Positions 15,019 to 27,000 of a DNA stretch of 64,000 nucleotides are shown here, piece after piece (positions within the stretch are counted from its first letter, which is position 1; the number at the start of each line of letters is the position of its first letter). The stretch covers positions 4,856 to 68,855 of the forward strand of contig CAKSSR010000009.1 of the NCBI GenBank assembly GCA_934489735.1, in the 5' to 3' direction. This stretch comes from an uncultured Eubacteriales bacterium (GTDB lineage Bacteria; Bacillota; Clostridia; Oscillospirales; Acutalibacteraceae). The translations under genes and the position numbers were made by a program. The notes under the pieces are model-generated. The model saw nothing but the letters and a program-made list of their open reading frames with translations. It had not been told where the DNA came from and ran no database searches.

Positions 15019-18000
15019 ATGAATTTGAAGTTTTTTACATTGTTTTTTATTATATTAATGACAATAGAGCTAAATATATATGCTTTGGATAATGATTGTA
15101 ACGAAATTGATCTAAATAATACGAATATATGTATGGATGATAATTGTAAATTACTGACTAAAGGAATGACTGAAAAAGAAAATGATGATAACTTTGTAGA
15201 AATGTGTGACAAAATCCATCATGCTAATGAAAATGAAAAGGAAAAGCATGGGGAAAAGATGAATAAATCTAGTATAGTGCAAGGTAATGGTGAAAAAGCT
15301 AAGGATGATATTGAATATTTAAATGAAAATACTAAGTGCGTATCAACTGAGATCGAGAATCATATAGAAGAGTTAGACCAATTTGATGGAAATAATGAGG
15401 AAAATAACAAAGAAATGTTCGCTCAGGATTTAAAGACGGCTGAAATAGATGAAAATGATTTAATAAGTGGTAGCGATACTCAAGGATCTACAGGGACCCA
15501 AAGTGATGAAAATATAAAACTTGAAAACGAGACATTAACTATTTCAGTGGTTGGCGAAGTTACTTCAGATATGATAAGCCCATATAAGAGCGCAGTGAGA
15601 AATGTAATATTAAATGATACCGTTACAAGTATAGGAACGGAAGCATTTTTGAATTGCAGAGCTTTGAAATCTGTAGAAGTTTCTAAGAATGTGGGAAGCA
15701 TAGGAAGAGGTGCATTTGCAGATTGTACTAGCCTGAAGGAAATAGTATTTAAAGGGTTGCCTACGATAGATAAAGAGAATGTAGTATTCAGTGGACTAAA
15801 TACGACTATTTATTATCCGTTAAGCGAAAGTGGTTGGCAAAGTATAGTCAGTAATAAAAGCAGTAGTACTTATCAAGGTGCGACTAATATAGAATGGGTC
15901 GGATATAACTATTTTACTTATTGCGGAAACAAAAACCAGAACGGAGGAAGGAATTTAATAGATATAATTAATGAAGTTTCAAATTCGGAGTACGAATTAA
16001 GCATAATTAAGTCTAAAGCAGCGGATAGTAGTGGATTCGATATGATAGACTATAGTGATGACGAAATAAATAATAATGAAAATCGAACATTACTAATCCC
16101 TAATGGCTACACAGTTTCATCAATAACTATAGAAGATGGAGTAACAGGAATAGGAGCCAATGGCTTTAGAATGGGTGATGAAAAAATTGATGGCATAAAG
16201 GAAATTGTAATCCCGGAAAGCGTAAAATCAATAAATGAAAACGCATTTTATGGTCTTACAAGTTTAACTTCTGTTATATTTGAAGGAAAGTTTCCAAAAG
16301 TAAGCGGGACCAATACATTTAAAGATTGCAAAGTTACATTTCATTGCAATATGCATTATTGTAATGACAAAGAGTTTATAAAATTGACTGGAGAAACTAA
16401 ATGTTTTGGAGCTGAAGAAGCGAAATGGGACATATTTGGTTATTGCGGGAAAGGAAATTCAAAGATATTGAAGTGCACTTTAAAGAAAATAGAAGAAATT
16501 GGAGAGGATCATATATACAAAGCAGAGATAAATGTGGACTCTTCTTACGGCAGTGATTACTATATGGAAGATTATACTGCCATCAGGAGGTTTATACCAG
16601 AAGAATATACCAAGTATATTAAATATTTAATGCTGGACGTAAACATAAAGAACATAGGGGACTACGCCTTTAACGGATTAAGTGCGCTTAAATGGATTAT
16701 AATTAATGATAAGATTGAAAAAATAGGCAAGAATGCATTTGATGGATGCAATCGTTTAAAAGAAATAGATTTTATTGGGGATATGCCAGAGATAGGAGAG
16801 TTTGCCTTTAAAAATATTGCAGATTCAGCAACGATTTACTACGAAAGAGGCAATACAACTTGGAATAATGCTGAAGAAAATGGTATAAATATTAATAAAA
16901 ATGCAAGCTATAGAGGAGCAACTAATTTAAAATGGGCTGAGTGTCATCATTCAAGACATAATAGTAAAGGAACTGTATATAAAAGATGGACTGAATATGA
17001 CAATGGCAGTTATAAGAAGTTAGCATTCATGGGATACGGAATGATAGTAGACGATAATAATAATGAAAGTGTTTATGGAGAGGGATACTCCCCGACAACA
17101 ATAGAAATAAAAGAAGGATTGATATCTTCTGGTAAGTATTATAGATGGACTGCTACGAAAAATGCAATTTTTGCAGATACTGTTCAAATTCTAACTGAAA
17201 ATTCATTTAGAAGTAATAATTTAAGTGATATATTGTTGCCAAAAGGTTTAAAAACGATTGGGTACGCTGCTCTTTCTGATTTAAAAAGAGTTAATATTAC
17301 ATTTCAAAGTTATCCAACTTCTATGAACGGTTGTATGTTTGCCTACTGGGATAGTGCAGATAGGAATAAAACTAATCCTACGATATACTATCCTATTAAT
17401 AACAACAACTGGATTACAGCCAAGAGTGGGAATAAGAGAATAGTTGATAATACTTCTTTTGGAAACGGGATAAATATAAAATGGATAGGATATTGTTACT
17501 GCGGGGACAAAAGTGTTAACAACGGGGAAGATGTAAGATGCGAAGTTGAGAAAACGAGTGACGGAAGTTACAAAATGAGAATAACGGGCAAAGGAAACAT
17601 TAGAGATTATGAGCTAGACGATAGAATGATTCCAGAAAGTTATTCAAAAGATGTAAGGACATTGACCGTAGATTCAGGGGTAACAGGAATAGGGGCACAT
17701 GCATTTGAGAATTATAACAGCCTGAAGTCGGTAGACATAAATGGGGACTTATCAAAGATTGGCAGCAAAGCATTTTCGAATTGCCTTGAGTTAGGGACAA
17801 TAGACATTGCAGGGGCATTTCCACAAGAATTTAGTGAAGATGCATTTAACAATATTGACGTAGACGTATATTATTTATCAGACAAATGGAATAATGATAA
17901 GAAAGCACAAGAAGCGATAACGAATAACAAGCATGCAGGAGCAAGTCGCATAAATTGGTATAGCGACAATGTAACTGTTATTAAATGTGGGAATAAAATA

Positions 18001-21000
18001 TATTGCTATATTTATAAGAACCAAAATAAAATGGCATTCAGGGGCAGTGGGCACATAGATAATTATACAGGTAGTAATATACTTGCGAAAAGCAAAGACA
18101 TAAATGGCAAAGAAATAGATGTAAAACCAGAAGATATATATTATCTTGAGATGGAAAATGAAATACAAACTATAAGTAATAATATGCTAACTGGTTTTGT
18201 AAACTTAAAGACTATAGATACTAGCAATAAATTAATTGTTATAGGTAGAGAGGCATTCAAAAATAATAAGCTTTTAGAATCAGTAGCACTTCCAGATCAA
18301 ATAAATGAAATTTATGAAAGTATATTTGAAGGATGTGAGAGTTTAAAAAATGTAAACTTCCCGAGGAATACTAAAGGAATTACTAAGGCAATGTTTAAAA
18401 ATTGTAAGAGTTTATCTGAAATAGAACTACATGATGAAGTAACAGGAATAGGAGAAGAAGCATTTAGCGGTTGCAGCAGTTTAGACTATATAGAAATTCC
18501 CAAGTCAGTGACAACAATTGGCAAACAAGCGTTTGAAAGCTGTAGCGATTTAAATTCAATAAGCATCTTCGGGCAACCAAAGATAGAAGAAAATGCTTTT
18601 AAAGATTGCAAAGGTTTAAGAAAAATATACTTTTATGGAGATTTCCCTACTATAGATTCAAGTTCTTTTAAGAATATTGGTAGCAAAAATGATCCAACAA
18701 TTATATATTATCCAGGAGAGAATGAAACATGGAAAGCAAAGTATGATGAAAAGGTACTAACAGAAACATATGGAGGAGCGACAAATATAATTTGGACGCC
18801 GTATAATATCATAAATTGTGGACCGGATGACAATCCATCAAGTGTCATATGTCAATTAGTGAAAACTGATGGAGAAAATTGCTATAAAGCAAGAATAGTT
18901 AAGAATGGGGCAAGCAAAGGGGAAGAAATGAGAGATTATGAGGAAGGAAATAACATATTAACTGATACAAATTATGATAATTGTGAGATAAAATCTATAA
19001 AGATTGAAGAAGAAATATCGAGCATAGGAAACAATGCATTCAGTGGGTTTGAAAGTCTAGAGAGAATTTCATTTTACGGAGACTTTGTTACTGTAGGAGA
19101 GAATGCTTTTGGAGGAATAGGCAACAATGATCAAGCGGTTGTTGCATATTATCACGGGGACAATGCGACATGGAGAAAGAAGTATGAAGCCAAAGAGCTT
19201 ACAAGTGACTACAAGGGGGCAACCAATATAAAATGGATGCCATATGATATGATTTATTGTGGACTAATCAGTGAAAATGAAGGAGAGAATTTGATATGTA
19301 AACTTATTTTAACTGAAGGAGGGGAATACATAGCAAAGATATCAAAGAATCAAGCTGATTCTAGTGGGAAGATGAGAGATTATAATGCAGGAATGAACAT
19401 ATTGAAAGGAACTGAGTTTGAATCATATAATGTTACATATGTAGAAATAGATGAAGGTGTGACAACTATAGGCGCAAATGCCTTTAATGGATTGACAAGT
19501 ATTCAAAGAATTTATTTTTATTGTGACTATCCAGGAAAGGACAATACAGCGGAAGACAATATAGGAGAAAATGCATTCAAAGGGCTAGGAAAAAGTGACG
19601 ATCCAGTTATAGCATATTATCCGGAAAATACTAGCGATAGAAATGATGAAGCGGTACATATGTGGAACGGGATAAATGTGACAGATAAATTGACATCAGT
19701 TTTTAAAGGTGCAAGTAATATATTGTGGAAGCCATATAATAGTATATATTGCGGCGCCAATAGTGAAAACAATTATAGCGATTTGATCTGTAGACTGATT
19801 TATGTAAGCGGCGAGCAGGAAAATGAAGTATACATAGCGAGAATATCAAAGAATGGATTAGCTTCTGATGGTAAGATGAAAGATTATGATACAAATAATG
19901 GAAATATAATATCATCGGATAAGGATTTTAAAGATTTTGCTAACAAAATTCAATATATAGAGATAGAAGATGACGTAAGTAGTATAGGCAAGAATGCCTT
20001 TAATGGACTGACCAACGTGAGAAAAATGAATTTTTATGGAGATTTTCTTACTATAGGCGATAATGCTTTTGTAGGTATTGGAACAAATGGCAATCCAACA
20101 GTAATATATTATCCAGGAAACAATGAGACATGGCAAGAAAAGTATGAAGAAAATTTATTGACAAACACATATGCAGGAGCAACTAATGTAGTTTGGACGC
20201 CATATGATTCGATATATTGCGGGAAAGTAGGAAATGAAAAAGCTTTAATTTGCAAATTGATTTTAATCGGTAAGGATAATTATATGGCTGTAGTGTCAAG
20301 CAATGATAAGGAAAATGGAGAGATGTCAGACTATGAGGAAAATGAAAATATTTTTACAACATATAGTAGAAGTAAACAAAGCAGTACAGGAGCATTAGGC
20401 AATAGTGAAGGAATTGTTGAGAAAATTCACGAAATAGAAAGCAGTTTTGAGACAGGAGAAGGAGAAGAGATTCAAACTATTGATAATACCAGCATTGGGG
20501 ATAAGATAAGCGTAGTAAGAATAGGAGAAGGGGTTAAATCTATAGGCAAAAATGCTTTCAGTGGATTAAAAAATTTAAGAGCTGTTGTTATAGAGGGAGA
20601 ATTGAGCACGATAGGGGAAGGAGCATTTAAGAATTGTAGCAATTTAGAGGGAATTGTCTTTCTTAATGAAGCTGTAAGTAATACTTCTATTAAATCAGAT
20701 GCATTTTTAAATGATTCATTTAGTTTTTATTATCCTATTGATAGCAAAATTGACAATAAATCAATGGAAGGTAAAGGCGCACAGAGAATAGACATAAAGC
20801 CATATAAGTATTGTATCAATTGCGGGGACTTCAGTATAAGCGATGGAGACAACGCTGTAGCTTTAGTAGTGCCACATGGCAACAATAAGTACAAAATAGA
20901 GATAATAGGAAGCGAAAAGGTAGGGGACTACGAAGCAAGTTATGGCATGTTGGACGACAGTAGCATAGAAATATCAAAGAATGACATAATTTCAATAAGC

Positions 21001-24000
21001 ATAGGTGATGGAATAGATACAATAGGCGAAACTTCTTTCTACAACTTTAGCGGAGTAAAAGAGATCCAGTTTAATGGAGCAATACCTAGCCAAATCGATG
21101 AGAAGGCATTTAAAGGGATAAGCAACGTAAATATCTATGTACGTGAAGACGAAGAATTCCCAACGAATGCAAAGATATATAAAAGTGCTGAAAATGTAAA
21201 GTGGTTCAAGTATTGCTATTATAACTACTGTGGATTAAAAGATAAAGACAATGGAATAGACTTAATATATAGGATTACTATTGATGATAATAATGATAAT
21301 ATATTGAATATATTTGGAAATGGAGAGATGAGAAATTATAATGATGGAAATATAGTAAGTAATGAATATGAAATAAAAGCCGTAACTGTAAGTAATGGAA
21401 TTAGCAATTTAGGAACAAACTTTATGAATGGTATGTCGTCTTTAAAAACGGTATCCATGATGAATAACATAACTAAGATAGGAGACAGAGCTTTTGAAAA
21501 TTGTATTGGTTTAGAAGAAATAGTATTTCCAAATGATTTAGAATATTTAGGAGGAAGTGTTTGTCTTGGATGTACTGGCTTGGAATCAGTGAAGCTTTCA
21601 AGTAAAATAAGTAAGATAAATAATAATGCATTTAACGGCTGTACAGGATTGACTAAAGTAGAACTACCGGAAAGTGTGACCAGGATAGGGGAAAATGCCT
21701 TTGAGGGTTGCACAGGTTTAACCGAATTTAAAATTCCAAGCCAAGTTGTAGCTATTGGAAATTCAGCTTTTAAAGATTGTACAAGAATTGAGAACTTTTC
21801 GTTTTATGGCAACTTTATTAAGGAAATAGGAGAAGATGCATTTGGAAAAATTGGACAAGAAAATAATGCGACGGTTATGTACTACCCAGGGGATAATTCG
21901 ACATGGACTAAACAAGAATATGTTTTAAGTAATCCTAACTATAAAGGAGCAAAGAATATAAAATGGGTAGCATATATGTATGGCTACTGCGGGGACTTGA
22001 GTACAAACGAAGGTAAAGACATAATGTATGTCGTGCTAAGTAGAGATGACAAGTATACAGTTGAAATTTCGGGAAATGGTAAGATGAGGAACTATATTTC
22101 AGGAGATTCTTTATTATTTGCTTTCAACGGGAAGAAAAATATTGAAAGTATAAAGGTAGATGAAGGAGTAACTAACATAGGTTCTAACGCTTTTTACGAT
22201 TATACTTCTCTGGTTGATATAACTTTACCGAGCACTATGAATTATATAGGAATGTCATCGTTTGAGAACTGTAAATTGCTATCAGAAATAGAGATTTCGG
22301 AAAGAATAACTGTGATTGAAGAAAGAACTTTTAAAGGCTGTGAAAGCTTGACCAATATAAAAGGAAGTTTGAGTAACATAACGAAGATATGTAAGTCAGC
22401 TTTCCATGACTGTCTTAAGTTAAGATCTATAAGTTTTTCGGAGAAATTGATATCAATAGAAGACAACGCATTTAAGAATTGTAAGGAAATGTATGTAAAA
22501 AATAACCCAGATGGACTTATGGTTATGGGAAGAGGAGCATTTTATAATTGCTGCAAGTTGAGTTCGATATCAATTCCGAATGGAATAAAGAACATATTTG
22601 ATGACACATTTAATAATTGTTCGAGTTTGAATGAGATAAAGTTAGCTGACAGTATCGAAAGTATAGGAAAATCTGCATTTAGTAAGTGCGTGTCAATTAA
22701 ATATATGTACTTGCCAGCAAATATTAAAGAAATAAGAGAAAATGCTTTCTCATTATGTGATAATATTAAAGAAATTTACTTTAACGGAGACTTCCCCGCA
22801 ATAAGTAACAATGCATTTTTAAATTTGAATACCAAGGCATATTATAACGAAGAGATTTGGACAAGTATTGATGCTGCTAAGGCTTTAAATGATAAGAAGT
22901 ATAAAGGCGCAAAGAATATAGAGTGGATTAATTATATTAAAATAATAGAGTGCGGGAAAGCAAATCCTAAAGATGTAATTTGCAGGATAGTAAGAAGTGA
23001 TAATTCTAAATATAAGGCCATATTTACTGGAATTGGAGAAATAAAAGACTATACTAAAGATAATTTACTTTTAGGAGCAGATAAGGATGTTTCTAATAGT
23101 ATAATTGTTGCAGAATTTGGCGATGGAATAACAAATGTAAGTAATTATCTATTATACGATTGGATAAATTTACAATCTGTAAAGCTTTCTGATACAATAA
23201 CATGGCTAGGGAATAATAGCTTTGCTGAAAACCAGTCGTTAAAGGTTCTACATATCCTTAAAAATATAACTAGACTTGGCTCAGAAGTACTGGCGAATTG
23301 TAAAAACTTAGAGAAAATTTACTTTTATTGCGACTTCCCTCAAGAAGTGGGAGAAAATGCATTTGAAAATTTGAAGACAATTGCATATTATCCTAAAAAT
23401 AATGAGACTTGGACAGCAAAAATCAATAAAAATGGTGCCGGAGCTGTGAGAATATCAGACATAGATTGGAATTACGTAGGAAGAGATGAACCAAATGACT
23501 GTAATCGGATTGCATATTGTTCCGGCGACGTGGATGAGGCAGAGATTGATGAATCTTTGGTTAATGATGAATTAAATATTGAAGAGCATTTGGATAAGAA
23601 CGAAGATAAAACAAACAGCCCTGAGCTTGATATTGAAAAGGATTTGTTATCGTCAGGTGAGAGATTGGTTGAAAATGAAAACAAATCTTTATCAAGTGAT
23701 TGCATGAATGGAAATGTTGCAGAACAAAACGATGAAATCGTTGATGAAAAATATAGAGGAGCTGAAGAAATTATTTGGGCTCAAAATGAATTTGTATATT
23801 GCGGCTTGGAAGAAGAAAATGAAGGCAAGAATGTTATATGCGAATTCGTACCCGTGGATGACCAAAGTAACTATAAAGCAGTAATTTCTATCAATGGATC
23901 GAGTCCAAGCGGCAAAATTAAGGACTTTAATGACAATATATTAAGCGATAATAACCTTGATTACAATATAACTTCTGCTGTCATAGAAGACGGAATAACT

Positions 24001-27000
24001 TGCATAAGTAATAATTTGTTTAAGAACGCCAGCAGCTTGGAAACAGTAGAAATTAAGAACAATGTGAGCTGTATAGGAAAATCCGCCTTCGAAGGATGTG
24101 AAAAGATTAAAGAAGTTTTAGTTCCCGACAGCGTATTTGAAATAAATGAAAAGGCTTTTGCAGAATGTAGCAGCCTGGAATCAATAGAATTCTCTAATAA
24201 TTTGAATAAAATAGGAACAAGTGCATTCGAAAATTGTAAAAGCTTATCAAGTTTTGACCTTCCGGATACTTTGGAAAGCATAGGAGAAAAAACTTTTTAT
24301 AATTGTAATGGAATTAATTCAATAATAATCCCCCAGAATGTCATAAGTATAGGAAAATTTGCATTCGCTAAGTGCGCATCTTTGAAAATCGTGAATTTGC
24401 CAGAAAAATTAAGCAATATTGAAGACGGCCTGTTCCAAGATTGTACAAATTTGAATAATATTAATATCCCTGATCAATTGGAAAGGATCGGTTCAAAGGC
24501 ATTTGCAAGCTGTGCAGGAATCAAAACTTTAAAGATCCCTGATAAAGTAACAGAAATAGGTGAGTCAGCATTCAGTGGATGTAGTGCTTTGCAAGAAATA
24601 AAATTACCGACGTCTTTAAAGGAAATAAGCAACTACTTGCTAAATGGATGCACAATGTTGACATCGGTAGAGATCCCATTGCAAATTGAAAAAATATGGG
24701 AGGAATCGTTTGGCGGGTGCATAAAAATAAAAAATATTTACTTTCAAGGAGACTGCCCTACATTTAAAGGTTCCAACGCATTTGAAGGAATTGATGGAGC
24801 AACTATATATTATCCAAGTGGCGATGAATATAAAGGATGGACAAATGAAGTAAGTAGTTCACCAACAGAGTATCAAGGCGCCAAAAATTTGACGTGGAGT
24901 GGCTACGGATATGTATACTGTGGCTTGGAAAAAGAAAACGGTGGCAAGAATGTAATATGCAGATTTATTCCAGATGGAAGCTATTATAAAGCAGTAATAT
25001 CAATAAGTAGCCCTGACTCAAGCGGAAAGATAGCTGATTATTATAATTTTACTAATTGGAACGACTACATATCAAAAATTAGCTCTATAATAATAGAAAG
25101 AGGAGTGACTGAAATAGGGAGCGGTTTGTTTAGGAGTGCAACGATATACTGGAACGAAAAAGAAGCAATTTCTATAGCAGATACTGTTACAAATATAAAA
25201 ATGGGAGCTTTCGGTGTTACTGAAATTAAGAACGGATCAAGGAAAATATTAAAAATTCCTAAAAGTGTTAAAAGTATTGAACAAGGGGCATTTTCAATCA
25301 TTGGTTTCAATGAGATATATTTTGAAGGAAGTTGCCCTATAGCTAACGGATATACGTTTGGTTCAAAGGGGAGTGATGGAACTATAGCATATTATCCAGC
25401 AGGAGATAACTCGTATAGTAAAGCAATTGAACAATATCCTAATTTTGAATGGAAAATGTGTTGCTTTTGTGGGAAAACTAATGAAAATGAAGGAAGAAAT
25501 GTTATTGCAACGTTTACTTCTAATGAAAATGGGAACTACAATGTGTATATATCTACCCATTTGGGAAATAAAGAAGAAAGTGAAACAAGTAAAAAGAGTG
25601 GAATGCAAGACTATTCAAGTAAGGAACAGACGCCCTGGAACAAGTTTAGACATAAAATACAAGATATTACTATATCAGCGCAAGTATTAAGTGTCGGTTC
25701 TTATGCATTTAGTGAATGTGAAGGATTAAAAAATGTAAAAATTTATAGTTCAGAAATAAACTCGAATGCATTTAGTAAGAGCAATATTGTAAAATTAATG
25801 ATATTTAATAAAATTCCAATAAGAGAAAGAGCTTTTTATAAATGTGGCACATTGGATTCAGTTATTTTTTATTCTGGTTTTGAATCTATTGGGAAAGAAG
25901 CATTTGCTTACTGCAGAGATTTTAATTCTTTATATGCAGATAGTGAAAAAATTAACAATTCAATACCAATAGAACCACAGGGTGATGTTGGAACTGATGG
26001 AAATATTGAAGATGCCTTTAAAGGAAATAAGATAAATTTATACTGTAGCGAGGCGATATATAATAAAATGTATAAAAAATTTGGAGACGTATTTGTATTT
26101 GGAGGGAAAAACTGTAGCCGTAAGATAGCAACAATCATAGATTATAATGATAGCGACAATAATTATTATGAATATAGTATTGACAATAAGATGTTGCATA
26201 TCTATGGGAATGATTGTGGATTAATTGATGTATATAATCGTGGAAACGAAGAAGGATTTAAAAAATTGGATATTGCAAAATATATTGAGAATGTAGAGAC
26301 AATTATAATAGAAGACGGAATTACAGAAATGGGTTACTATGGTTTTTCAAAATTTACTAACCTCAAGTCAGTGAAGATCAGCAATACTGTAACAGATATA
26401 TATGGATCTTTATTCAGTGGTTGCAAAAACTTAACTTCAGTAATATTACCTGAAAATATAATAAGTTTAAAATATAATTTATTTAAGGACTGTACAAGTT
26501 TAACTTCAGTAACAATACCTAAGAGCGTGACAAGTTTAGGAGACAATTTGTTTTACGGATGTAAAAGTTTAACTTCAGTAACAATACCTGAGGGTGTGAC
26601 AAGCTTAGGGGATAATTTATTTAACGGATGTACAGAGATTAAATCCATTTATTTTCTGGGATATAATGTTCCTGAGATGACAGGCAGCACACTTGAAGGA
26701 CTTGGAAGCGAAGGTAATGCAGTGACTTTATATTATCCATATTATAGTGATATCTGGAAAAGTCAAAATATTACTACTAATTACAAAGGGGCTACTAATG
26801 TAGTTGGAAAGGCCTTCGTTGGAGGATACTGCGGCGATCCAAATGTAAACAATGGTAAGAATATATCATGTATATGTAGGGAAACCTCAACAGATGTATA
26901 TGAAATGATCATCTTTGGGAAGGGAAAGATACAAGATGGGATAAACGGTAGTAATAATTACGGATACTATCGTTACGATTCGTTTTTTTATGATTTTATT

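Noticed and set aside
14754-15212. Small ORFs 14754..14936 and 15003..15212 (minus strand) around the giant-gene promoter
   Set aside because: They fall in an AT-rich promoter/leader region or overlap the start of the giant ORF. The translations are hydrophobic low-complexity and there is no RBS.
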